Shown: positions 50,664-63,458 of the stretch, piece after piece
Layout of the letters: every line of letters starts with the position of its first letter
Numbering within the stretch: position 1 is the stretch's first letter
Source of the DNA: Nymphaea colorata
Taxonomy: Eukaryota
Direction: 5' to 3'
DNA length: 64,000 nucleotides
Assembly (NCBI RefSeq): GCF_008831285.2
Contig: NC_045138.2
Span: forward strand, 21,948,001-22,012,000
Position numbers and translations under genes: made by a program
Notes under the pieces: generated by a model
The model's database searches: none
Seen by the model: the letters and a program-made list of their open reading frames with translations, nothing else
What the model was told of the DNA's origin: nothing

Positions 50664-53600
50664 TCAGAATGGCTGCCTTTCTACACCAGGGGGTGCAGTT
50701 GGTATTGGGAAATTTGTAAAGCTATTTTGTGAATCAAAAGCATGCGGGCTTCTCACGTAGGAGCTCTGAAACCAAAATAACCAAATCTATCATGAACTTT
50801 TCCAAAGAGTGGATGCCCCTAGTTATCTGTAACAGCAGTACGGAATCAAATGATCCTGAAGATATAACAGACTTTAAGCATACCTGGGAGGAGGCTGAAG
50901 CAGTTGTATAAGGTGGATGCTCTGAGTATGGAGTCTTAGGTGATGTATCAGGAGAACTTACATCATTGTTTGGCTCAAGGCTGAACAAAGGTTCAGATTC
51001 CTTGCCATTGGCCAATTTTACAGACTGGCAAGCAAGCATCAAGAATGTTAATATGGAACAACTTGCCTTAGTTTAACTAATTCATCCTGCTGATTCAACA
51101 AAAAGGTCACCTGAAAAACTTTTCCAAGAGCTTTCAAACCCCTAGCACGATCTCGGAGATCCTCTTTCTTAACAAGAGAATCCTGAAGTACCTGTTTTCA
51201 AAAAAGAGAATCCCCGACCTTCAATTTCAACAAAATTAATACATGCCCAATTCTTCATTGATCACAAAAAGTGAAATAGAAGTTAGAACATACCATTTGA
51301 CAGACACGAGCAAGCGTCGCTTCTATGTCGGCGACATTGAGCTTCCATAACGAATCTATCATAACTTTTTTGTGTGTCTGCAAGTATTCTTCGAGCTCTT
51401 CTTCTGTATAGCTTCCCTCTGCATTTAACTGACGCTTCATGTCCTCTTGCAACTGAATCAATGCAATTGCACCTGAGATGAAGAAGCAACTGGAAATTAA
51501 AATGGAAGTCACTGTCTATTGAACATGGCAATGAAGCATTCACTTAAATAAAATCAAATAAAATCCTCACCTGTTGCAGCTGTCACTTGAGATTTGATGA
51601 AATGGCCTTTATTTCTAAACCACTCAGCAATGAATGGCACCCCAAGATATTTTACCTTCTTCCCTAGCTCTTTTGCAGCCTGTCTTACATATATGTAGCC
51701 GATGGTGTTCAACATATCAACTCCATAGGCTGCCCAAAGATGCTGTTTTAGTTGAAATAAACACAACAAACAGAAAGCACGAAGGAAAGGAAACAGAACA
51801 ACAGGATCAGCATAGAGAACATGTGCCATTTCAATTGGTTACTAGCGAGTCCTCACCTGCTGATAACTTTTCAAATGGATCAGACTATACAAGTGGTTTT
51901 AACATAGGCCACTTCATGCAAACAATAGTTTCAATCTACAATCTAAATAAGAACCAGCCATCAGACCATACAAGTTGATTCAACATGGTCCAGTTCATGC
52001 AAACAATGATTTCCATCTATCGATCTGGAAAGAAAGCCAATCATACGGTTATGTGTTCGTGCAATGTTTTCAGATTTATTTTTCAAAAATGTTTAGTATT
52101 TATTCATTAATTAATTGAGACTATGTTTGAAATTCTATAAACCATGTCAAAGCTATCTGCTTAATTAAATATAACAAAAAATGTACGATTAACGAACTAT
52201 GATTCAACATTCATTACTATAAATCTCCATGCACAGTGACTGCACACACACACATATAGAGAGAGAGAAACTGTAGGTGTTAGACATGTAGATCTGTCTA
52301 AAGAACAATACCAGCCCTTGATCTTTTCAAGATAAGCGGCTGAGAGAAAAATAAGGAGAAAAGCAATCAACTCATATTAGATGGCAAAAATATTTTCATC
52401 ATTTTTTCTCCTTTCTCTCAACCGCCTATTTGGAAAAGATCAATGGCCGAAATCGTTCCTTATCTGTCTAGCACCTACCAATTATATATATATAAAATAT
52501 ATAGGAAAATTGAAATCAGCTGGCTATCTCTGTAGCTAGGTGTATTTTTTTTTATTTTGTCTCTAAAAATGGTCACAAAAGGTGTCTTCCTTTGCAAAAA
52601 CCATGGCCATTGGCCAATGCAAATGCACCTTTTACCTGGTTTTTAAACAAATAACCATTTGGCCATAGAGATAGCTGTCTAATTTCAATTTCTTTCTCTA
52701 TCCCTCTCTCTATCTCTTTAACAAAAAGAGAAAATTTGGTCTTTTCAATCTTGCGAAAACAGTACACACACACACACACACACACACATCTATATATATA
52801 TCTCAATTTTGAAGGGACTACATTCATATTCCAATTGTTGTACCACTTTTCAACTCCAACTTCTTTTTAGCACCCATGGTTTAACCATTTCATCGTTACA
52901 ATCCATGCTTCATACACCCAGATTCCAAACATGCACTCCTTCACCAAAGTAAGGGATCATCCACCAACAAGAGAAACTAGTTAAATGCTTAAGCAAAGAT
53001 AAGAAATCAGGAACAGAAACCTGCTTGTGAGAGCCTTGAAGCTTCATCTTTGGCATAATTAATAAATCCATCATGGTCCCCCGTTACATATTGTTCGAGC
53101 CTATTTACTAATGCCCGTGCAAGCTTTTCTTCTCTCTCTTTCTGCACAATCTGAACTAACAAACCAGGTGGTCAATAGAAAGCTGGTTTAGACCAATGTT
53201 GTAAAGTGTGCAGTGTAACCCATATCAGTCAGGCAAATAGATACGCCATATTGTAACACATCATATATGTATCCTAAATTTATTTTTAATGTCAAACAAA
53301 CCAAACAAATAATAGAAAATAAAGAAAAATCAGGAAAGTTCAAGAAAAATATGTTCTCCATAAAAAACATGTCACACATAAATATAGTCTTATACCTTAT
53401 AGGAATGAACATTCATCAATTTAACATAACATAATCATAATATCATAACACATTAAGAAACATGTTTAAAGTCATACATCACAAAATGTAGTTGTTTAGT
53501 GCAAATAACAAATGGAATTAATCAAAGATTATCTATTCATCTTTCATCATCTAATTACACTACTTGCAGAAGATTTTCAACTGATCATTTTCCTCACCCC

Positions 53601-56600
53601 CGTTCAACATTGTTATGCAGGATTATCTGAAACCATATATTCATAAAACAATAGAAATCTATGACTATTTTCACAAAACAAAAGAAATCTGCAATGATCT
53701 TCACAAAGCAATAGAAATGCACAGCGAAAGTGACATACTTTATACATTCAAATTGAAACTTTCTCTTTCTTCAACCGCAAATCTATCCCCCACATGCAAT
53801 TCTTCCTTTAAATAGATGTCTTCTCTCTTAAACTGATAAAAGCTCCCCTTGATTCAACTCCTAAGAATGTTTAAAGGTGATAGGAGAAGGCTTCTAAAAC
53901 CCAATTGTAAAAATGAGTCATCAATACCCCGAGGAAAGGGCGGTTTATAGCATCAATTTTCCCCATGGTTACAAAACGTATCGTATGATATCCCTCCACA
54001 TCATAACATATGTACAACACTGGTTTAGGCAACCCAAGACCTACACCAAGATGATTTATAATCTCCAACCTCAGCCGAAGTGATTATCAAACAAATTATA
54101 GCCAATAAGCACATGTTTGCTTGTATGTGTGTGAAAAAGAGAGAGAGAGAGAGCACAACACAGCAAGCCCAAGGATGCCCCCCCCCCCCCCCCCCCCAAA
54201 AAAAAAAAAAAAAAGAAAGAAAGAAAACATTACAGGCTTATATAGAAGGCTAGGTGAGCACATAATGCTTGCCATGAACACAACGGGTCGAGGGAAATGC
54301 CTACCCCTTTCTGTTGGGCCACAGGGCTGTCGTTGGCTAATAGTGTTGCTACTTGTGACAGGAAAACCTTGAAGCTACTCAGGTAATAAAATATGTTAAA
54401 AACATGTTTTCACTTTTCAGGAATATTTCATTGTACAGGACTACAGGTACTTCATGATATTTTAGCAAAATATGGAAAAAGTTACTGATAATATTTGTAA
54501 TATAAGCTATTTATGGGGAAACCACTCCAGCCAATTCTCAGGAATGACTATTGCAGCATATTAAAATTTATTTTCAAGATGAATTTGTGCAAAAATATCA
54601 TGAACTTCAAAATATTATAATGATTGGTTCTAATCTGTTTCTTTTAGCTTTTTCATTGCATTTCTTGTTTTTTGTGCAAATGATATTTCCCCAAAAACTT
54701 TTTGAAAAGTACCACCAGAGATTTGCTGAGAACAGTAACTGTGGCCATAATTACAACAGCAGGAATGCACAACACAATATCCACAGTTTAAAGGGTAGGT
54801 AGCAAATTACCCGCATCTTCTCGTGCAATTTTTTGGGATCCACTGGTTCACTTTCTGTGTAAATATCAAGTGAAGCCATGGAAGCCATTGCAAGTTGTCC
54901 TATGTAATCTTCAAAAAGCTCACTCCCAAACAGCATAGCAAAGATTGCTGCAGGATCAATGATAGCATCTCTGTGCACAGGTTGTTTGAACGTCAATAAA
55001 GTCCATTCTCTACAGTTAACATGAAAATCAATAAGTAAATCCAACAACTTACGTTGAAACTCCAGACTTTCCATAGGCATCATATGCAGCTCGTTGTGCT
55101 GGGTCACTAAGAACCTGGTAAGCCTCTCCCAGAACCTATAACAGAAAAAGTATGATTAGTAATCATATGAAAAGAAATGCATACCATCAGTATATCACCA
55201 GAACTAGAGTTTCCAACTTTGTAGATAAAACGGCATTTCACAAGATAGAGTACAAATATCATAGAAAACCTCTAGTCCCAAAGATTAGACATGCAGCTAA
55301 TAAAAAGAAACCAGCCCCACAAGACTCAAATCATGCAGATTTAGCAAGAGCATAAGCTTAGTGGCATATAAATTAATATACTATACATCTTCGAGGAGCC
55401 CAGCTGTTCCTGTCATAGATGAGGTTTGGCCACACAACCCGCATAGAACCTTGTTAATTTATCTGTTTTTATAAAATGAACTCGTCTAACCCAACTTCGG
55501 AAAGAGAAAGCTAGTGGTGGCAACAGAGCTACTTATTGATCCTTTTTTATATGTTTTGTCTTTGGCTGTTTGTACAACGGCATTCACATTATTAATAGAA
55601 TATCCTGTCTTTGTCATATATTTCTCTTTATAATGAATGAACAGTAACTGTAGGGATTTCTCTATTCCTCATCTTCTTTGACACACCAACTGCACCCTTC
55701 TTACTTGTTTGATGTTTCTTCACGAATCATAAGTTCTCTCTCTTCTCTTATATGCTTTGGACTGAAGTAGATGAAACTAAGACAGCAAGTGCAAGAACCC
55801 ACGTTATTTGCTTCATCAAATCTAACAACACAAAACCAGTGCAACTCTCTCATGGCTAAGCTTAAGGATTAGTTCACTTAATTTTGTGAGACAGTTCCGA
55901 CAATAAAGGAAAGGCATAAAGAGACCTTCAGGCCTTACATGGCCAACCTAAGATCCTTTTCCAACAAGCAGAAAAAATGACAAAAGTAAGGTGATACTTC
56001 AATAGAGGTGGGATACCCAGTCCGCAGTTGGTAAATTAAAACATAAAAAATTGAGGCCCAAAAGATCGATTATCCATTAGTTTTAGCTGCAGTAAGAAAT
56101 ACACAGAAGAGAAAAAGATAAAAAGGAAGAGGAAAGAAAGAGCAAAGGGAGGGAATTTCGTTCACAATTCCAACTCCTAGCATGATCGGTTATGAGCAAA
56201 TCAAACTCCCAGAGTGAAGCCAACAAAAGCAAGCACAATCCCATGAATGAAAACAAAGGGGAAGAATGAGCATAACCCAATCAAAATTGATATTTCAGTT
56301 CATCAAAGACAGTAATGCTTGCCTGGAATTTCTGTGCTGCAAGAGGATCATTTGGATTTTTGTCTGGATGGACCTGCCTAGCCTGCAAGATATATGTGAA
56401 GCATAAAATACATGAACATTCATGTGCATGCATACCAATCATTCGTCTGGCATGAAACCTAAAGGTACTTGATAAACAATAAAGCAAATACGAATTATGC
56501 ACTCATTAATGACCTAAAAAGGGAGGCTAAGCTTGAGGCAAAAACATCATTATAAGACTATGTACGAGCAACCAAAGAGACCATATATATATATATATAT

Positions 56601-58210
56601 ATATATACAAAATTTTTAGTTTTCAAAGGCACAGAAGAATCTATACTACACATAAAGACGAGCTAAAGAGCAGCATAATTGAAAAACAAAGAAATTACAT
56701 TATTATAATCCAATAGAAACTAAAAATCTCGCCTTCCAATGCAACCTGAAATCTTGTAACTAGATCAAAATAAGCCAACTAGCCATTTAGTTCAGGTCCC
56801 TTAACCTTTATAGACAAACACATTGCACTATAAACATACATAGAGTTTTTGTCCCGATAAACCCCATCATTCAAAAATCGGAAGCTGAAAGAGTGCCTCG
56901 TCGGACTTTTTTTGTTCATTAGATCATAGTAAAAAGGCTTGCATCTTCATAATAATTAAAAAAAAGGAACGTTAAATTTGTGAAATCATCATCCTAATTC
57001 CTAAACTCTAACATGAACTACTCACGTCCAAACTAGCCCCAATCTTATTCAAGTCTTCTCCACAGGATCACACTACATATGAGTATCAAATAATCCTGAA
57101 GAAAATGAAGATAAGACATAATGAGCACCCACAACTATCTACATCATTAAGAGTGTCTTTTTCCTAGCTGAGGAAACGGAAAAAAACAGACGATAATCCC
57201 TTATCGTCCAGCAGTTGTCAGGCAGAACATAATTGAAATCATCCATAAAGTGATAGAACCCAGATAGCTTAAAAACGACGTTTCTTAGATTTGGGAAAAA
57301 CTTTTGCTGCGCAGTCAGTTTCCTAGGGCAAACAAATATGGGACCCCGCATTCCTACGAACAGCGGCACAATCTTCCTGCTTTATTTTCCTGACATCCTG
57401 TAAACGAGAAGGATGTTTCCATCATGAAGAGACGTGAGTGAGTCCTTGTGTATTTTTTACTTGATTTGTCATATTGCTTAAACCTAACTTCAATCAAACT
57501 CCACATGTTTAAACAAGCCCAGAATAGCCGCTGTTTCCTAAAAGGGGACATCTTACCATCCCCTTGCACGCATGGCGATTTCATCCCGAGCTTGCCATAA
57601 GTAGAGTTTCTTCTTCTCTAAATAAGAGTTTGTTTGCTTCACAAGAAGCTAGAACGACGGGCTTTTGGCTTTGATTGGCACGAATTGGATGTGGGCAATG
57701 ATGAAAACCACTGGGGCAGTCTAATTCGAGTCGGACTACGTACAGGAGAAAATTGGGTATTTCCTCCCTAGAGAAGCCCTTTTTCGGGACCGAGGTCTGG
57801 AGGGCGGCAACCACAAAACCCAAACCAGAGAACAAGTGGGGAGTTCCATAAATCGCAAATCATGATGCAGGGGAGAAGACCACTGTCACCAAACCTCAAA
57901 GATAGATAAGTGGAATCATCCGTCTACCGAGAAAAGGCTACGATAACCACCACATAACGCGTTACACCAGCAACACAGATCCACTTTTATCCACGTCGCA
58001 CGACGGGATCTGAGACCAAAATCAGAAGCAGGGATCAGATGTTCACTTGCTTCGGATACGATGATCATCCTAGACCAAGATAGAGAGAAAAAGCCGAAGA
58101 GAGAGGACGATGGCAGTTGAATTTACCTTGATATAATAAGCCTTCTTAATTTCTGAATCTGTGGCTGTGGGACTGATGCCCAAGACGTCGTAGTACTCCA
58201 TTTCCTTCAC

Positions 58211-58213
<3 letters not shown>
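50664..58213 (-). CDS. ATJ10: Chaperone protein DnaJ 10-like (J-domain plus DnaJ-X domain), about 393 aa, 10 exons
   Basis: Exons 58213-58127, 56382-56323, 55135-55053, 54970-54811, 53150-53021, 51729-51571, 51472-51294, 51191-51111, 51024-50884, 50765-50664 (1182 nt, in frame). [33 protein letters not shown] (HPD), [43 protein letters not shown]. Intron 2 has a GC donor. Confidence 0.93.
51880..52026. repeat. Tandem duplication of about 81 bp in a DnaJ intron
   Basis: TCAGAC.ATACAAGT.G.TT.AACAT.G.CCA.TTCATGCAAACAAT..TTTC.ATCTA occurs twice. Confidence 0.7.
52274..52477. mobile_element. Foldback MITE; related copy at about 28140-28290
   Basis: TAGGTGTTAGACA / TGTCTAGCACCTA termini and long internal inverted arms (TTGATCTTTTC...GCGG.TGAGAGAAA / TTTCTCTCAACCGC...GAAAAGATCAA). 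Core AACTCATA.TAGAT..CAAAAAT is shared with about 28230. Confidence 0.65.
52505..52692. mobile_element. Foldback MITE
   Basis: AAATTGAAATCAGCTGGCTATCTCTGTAGC pairs with GCCATAGAGATAGCTGTCTAATTTCAATTT. Confidence 0.6.

Positions 58214-58269
<56 letters not shown>
58214..58269 (-). repeat. (GA)~28 microsatellite abutting the DnaJ start codon
   Basis: A plus-strand (TC)n run lies immediately after CAT (58211-58213). Confidence 0.95.
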
Positions 58270-58272
<3 letters not shown>

Positions 58273-61200
58273 AGTTATGTCTGTGTCAGATGGAATCAGA
58301 GAACAGGGAAGGAGAGATCAGGAAATCGGTTGGGGAGCAGGTGAACAAAGAAGAGGAACCGCAGCCAGATGAAGGCAATAAAAAATCGACCCCGAAATGG
58401 GAGAGAAAAAGGAAAGGGAGATGAGTCAGATGACTCAGGCGAGAAGGATCATCGAGCGCGGGGGCCGCCCCGCCTCTTTACCAGAGACGCGCTTTCATTT
58501 CAAAGTCAACAAGTGGCTGACGGCTGACCACCCCCTCCTATACGTCGGTCTCCTATTGTCGGTCTCCTATTGTCTCCGTCTGCTTTGATCCCCATAATTT
58601 AATACACACAAATCCAGGTTTCAATCCGAACATACTTTGACATTATATATATATATATATATACAATACATAATTTAACGTAACCAAGTGTCATCTGAAA
58701 CCGCCATTTTTGTGTGTGTATATATGTAAACCGTAATATTTCAATATATATTTAGTGAATGAAAACTTACTATATGTGGTCCTTTAATCGTATTTTTTTG
58801 CTAAAATTGATATGTTAAAATTTGTGAGCCTTGAAGTCGCCAAAATAGCCACTTCTTAAATTTTGTACATATCGAATTGATATCGAATTGAGAGAGACTG
58901 AGAGAGAGAGAGAGGAAAGATGAAGAAAAATCATATTGGGTCTTAACTTCCTTCCAATGAACAACAGCAACTCAATAGCAGGATCGAGAAGAGCAATGGC
59001 TTACACTCAAAGGAGAAGAAGATGAGCGAAAGTGCATGGGAACTTCTGATTAAGAATGAATTCGGCTTTTAGTTTATAATAACATGATTCAGATTCAGTT
59101 GTATATTTAAAAGTTGGATCAGGATTCGACTATGACTATGAGTTTAAAAGTCTTCTCTTAATTAGATTCTAATTTGAAATTTAAATTTCAACTTTCAACA
59201 TGATATAGACTCTTTTTTTATCTGCGTTCAAAGCCAAATATATGAACATTCAATAAATCACATATGGTATAAAGTGTTTTGAATCTGATCCATTGACAAT
59301 CATAATTCTCTTGAGAAGAAAGAAAGTAAACTTTCCCTTACTAAACAATGTAAGCAAATAACATAATAAAAAATCAAAAGATCTTAACTTTACTGAATTG
59401 GCATTAATCTAACATTAAAAAAAAGGTTATATAGATCAAAACTTTTACTTCTTCACCCTCAACACAAAACGCGTGATCATCCACTTGAACGCAAAAACTC
59501 TGCGCATCATATCCCATGTGTAGTCGACCAAGACCACGTTCAAGCTTTCTCCGGTATGGTGGAAACGCGCACTTCGAAAGCCTTCGTTCCGAGGCCCATG
59601 TGCACTGACGTCTGCCACCGGAGACAAAGTCCGACCGCCAAATAAGGCTGATAACGTCAGGTGGATCTTTACCGATGACCCCACCTTCCTCCCCTTCCTT
59701 TTTCCCCCTTCTTTATCCCACGCGCTGTCCTCTTCTCTCCGGCGCTTTCCCGCCGGCCGGCGACAGCGGAGTTGCAGATAAGAGCTTTACAACTGAAAAG
59801 GCAGATGGCGGCCATAAACAATCAGCACTAACTGTAACAGTAAAGAAATATTGTAGTCATCTCTTCTGTCTCGAAGCGTTGGTGGGTGATGAAAGATCAG
59901 TTGGACTTAAAAGCCTTCCAGTTGAAGAAAAGAGATCAATGCCGGTGGGTCTCAGCATCGTATGAACATAATCCGGCAGGGGTCCACCGACTTCCTCCGA
60001 GCTGAATCATGCGGACGTAGACGTAGGGTCGCAGAATCGAATTGGTCCCTATGCTTTGTCATCCCTGAGTGTATATATATATATATATATATGTGTGTGT
60101 TCTATCAACGCGTAGAAGATCTCAAAACATGTTTTGTGAATCGAGAAAATAGGCACAGAAGGAAAAGAGGTAGTGGTCTCTCTCACAGTGGAATGCTCAC
60201 TCCTAAAAAAAACAAGACTATTCAAATTAATATATAAACATTTTATTATGCTCATAAATGCTAATGTAGTGTGAATCATGTTTTAGTTTAAGTTATTTTT
60301 GTGAAAAATTTACTGTTTTGACGCTACCGTTCAAGTTTTATCATTAAAAAACATTGTTAAAGTTAAGAATAACTAATTATACATATTTCTCATCAAATCA
60401 CTCTTAAAATAAATTCTGTAAGGTTAGCTTACAAAAGTAGCACTTTAATAATAACTTTTTAGTGGGTCTGGTTTTTGTTTCTTACCAAAGTAGTTTGGTG
60501 TTTGCCAATAAAAAAGTTAGTCTTTATGCGAATATGTAAAGTGTGTTGGCATGTGCCTCTTACCTTGCATGTACTTGCCCATTGATTCGGTCCCCAAATA
60601 AAAATGTGAATTGTTCTGAAATTTTTGGAGAATTGTATCTTATTTTCTTTGAAATCATAGAAGTATCAGCATTTTTTTGCTTAGTGCAAACTCCTTGTTA
60701 ATATAAGCAAGTAAATGCAAAATGTTTAAATATGAGTATGTTTTTATTATTCTTTTTCAGTTGAACAAAAAAATTACAACCCACATTCAAAAAAGAGGGC
60801 CTATAAGTCCCCTTCCCCCCTCTTCATATCTCTTAAATCTAGGGTTGTTTGGGTGTTTTGGGTAAAATAAATGCACCTTCGCAACCTTTTCATAAGGTAT
60901 AGAAAAATAATGCTTATAAGAATTGAACTGATAAAATATGTATCACTAATGTGTCGTTAGTCTGACCAGCTACCCTAAGCCCTTTGAGCGTCAAATGTCT
61001 ATATGACATATTTATGAGTTGCGTTTTTTTCCTCTTCCAAAACCAGTTTGTTTTGAATGTTATGACCTAATACAAACTTGTTAGTAAATGAAAACATTGT
61101 TTCTAAACCTAATAAAGAAAATTCTTGTAAGTTATTGTTTTGTTTGCCAACATGATCAACTTTTCCTTACAAGTCCTATTTTGTAATTTCAAAAGAAAAC

Positions 61201-61389
61201 GATCATCCATTTTGAAAACTCAGCGTAGAATTTTATTCAAGAGATTGAAGATAGACAGGCAACATGTGGATGTTGTACTAAAATTCTGTTTTTCTTCCAA
61301 ACTTGCACATGCTTGCAATATATGATTTGTTAAACGTACCAACTATTGACCACATATGGTGTTCTTCTAGTTTCAAATAATTTCTTTAA

Positions 61390-61646
61390 GGGGCCGTTTG
61401 ATTACTTTATAATAGAAATCCATTGATCAGATGTGGATGATATAGTAAAGGATTCATGGTAAAGTTCATTGTTCATGAAACTAAAGATGCTAAGCCAAAC
61501 CTAAGATCCATACTTAATATCATTATTTTACTTTTTTTGCATTGAAAAAAAAATTCGATTTAAAATCAAATGAGAGAGATCGGATCTTAAATCCATAATT
61601 TTCAAATCTGGGGATCTCAAATGAATCGGAGACTATCAAACAACCC
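61390..61646. mobile_element. Tourist-like (PIF/Harbinger) MITE
   Basis: TAA precedes GGGGCCGTTTGAT. The right end is ATCAAACAACCC. Confidence 0.6.
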
Positions 61647-61848
61647 AAGGTTTTGAGTCATTGATTTTAAAATTTTTTAGTAAACCTACAACAACCATCT
61701 ACGCCAACTGGGTGGTCTGGGTGGTTTGAGTTGGATATTCCTCAAAGGCATCACTGATTTTGCCAAGAGAATCTTGAAGGACAGATTTATTGGCCTTATG
61801 CATACCCTAGGTACAACCAATTCATTTGAGTTTTGGAAAAAGCAAAAG

Positions 61849-62189
61849 TAGGCCTGGGCATTGGGTCGGGCCGGACCTGACCAGAGTCTGGTTCGGGCCG
61901 GTTGGACATCCAAAAATGGAGTTTAGGCTTGGTTCGATACCTAACATTCGAGTTCGGACCGATCCCGGTTAAAATAAAAAATATTTTTTAAATATAAATT
62001 ATTTTTAAGATAATAATAATATATATATGTATATATCATTATTAAATAAAAATAAATTGAATAGGCTCCCATTGAACCGGCCCAATACTTTATCAGGACA
62101 GCTCGAATTGAATTTTTCGGGCCCAAACTCAAATCCGATTTGAATCGGGTATCATGTACCCATCAAGTGCTTCCCGATACCCAAACCTA
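61849..62189. mobile_element. hAT-type MITE
   Basis: TIR TAGGCCTGGGCAT / ATACCCAAACCTA. 8-bp TSD AGCAAAAG (61841-61848) / AGCACAAG (62190-62197). Confidence 0.8.
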
Positions 62190-63061
62190 AGCACAAGGGT
62201 ATAAGTAGGTATAAGTAGACAAAGGCAAAGGCCAAAAAAATGCTTGAGACGTCATCATATTTTTTAAAACCATTAAAAGACATTGAAATGCCATATATTT
62301 ATGTATAAGATACAACAAGCTGCGTTCAAGCGTACCCAAAGTTGATTAATTTATATGGCTTGAAGGGTTAGATTGCACCTTCATCTTACCACTACCGTGT
62401 TGCTTTGGAAAATTGAAATAATGCACCCACCAACCTGACCATATGTTCATTAAATACAATATATTCATGCACTACCTGTTTAGACAAACTTAAAACTTTA
62501 GATGTAATTGGTAAAATAATTTTCAAATACTTTGGCTACCCAGTTAACTCGTCGGGATGACACTTGACAGTTCTTAGGTTGGTCTTTTTGACACATTCTT
62601 TGTGGTTGGTAGGGTTCATACGTCAATCAATGTGACTTTTTCGCCAGTCTTGTCACATCCTTTGAGTGATAAACTATTGGTTTTTATATTCAAGTCCAAG
62701 TTCTTACTTGGACAGAACACCTTTTTTTTTTTTCTTTTTCCTTTTATAATTGTGTTTTCTATGATATGTTTACAATATATATTGGATTGAAGATGGAAGA
62801 TTCATCCCACCAAGAAAGCAAAGGCATAAAAGAGATGTGAACAAATTAGCAATGGTTTTCAAAGAAATATTTATTATTTATATCAAAACATAAGAGGCGT
62901 TAAGAGGTTCAATAACAACAATATTTAAAATAAAAAGTTATTGATTTTGGAGAGGCTTAGCACAACGGTTGGGATAGGTGTTGGTAGACAGTCGGTTCGT
63001 ATTTTGAAATTACCTAACACCAATTTTTTGTGCTACAAAAGAAGGGACCAATATCTTGAAC

Positions 63062-63458
63062 CAAAACACCATCGGATTTCAAAGTGGCGCGATCCAATTC
63101 AAAAATTTTACCCAATTGGACACGTCTAGCATATTTTTTACAATAGCAGGATCATTATAACTGACTCCATCGAGTTCACCACCATAGAACTCAACAGTTA
63201 CACCCACTTGTTCGACACTATACTTTGATTCTGCGCTTCTAAAAGGAACATCAGCTCTCCATCTACCAAAACTACTAGAAATTCTTTCAAAGAAGGTAGG
63301 CATACGATGTACAAAATGTTCATGCCCCTCTTTATCTCTAAAGACAGGGTGTCCTAACCACCCAACAACTATTCCATCCCCATTGTCCATTGAGCCGGCT
63401 CTGAACAATCCTCCTTTCACTGGATTATGTTACTGATATAATCATAAAAAGCTAGTTT
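63062..63458 (-). pseudogene. psbB: Nuclear plastid DNA insertion (NUPT): internal psbB (CP47) fragment with frameshifts
   Basis: LAFYDYI...[31 protein letters not shown]...RMPTFFE...[41 protein letters not shown], then in a shifted frame [19 protein letters not shown]. Confidence 0.93.

Noticed and set aside
50734..51042. Single long terminal exon for DnaJ as suggested by the ORF track
   Set aside because: A strong donor (CAG|GTATG at 50884/50883) and acceptor (50766-50767) give an in-frame last exon ending [15 protein letters not shown], which fits the family better.
57139..57835. Three chained minus-strand ORFs in DnaJ intron 1
   Set aside because: No recognisable motif and no splice structure compatible with the DnaJ frame. 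A BLASTX would be needed to exclude a decayed insert.
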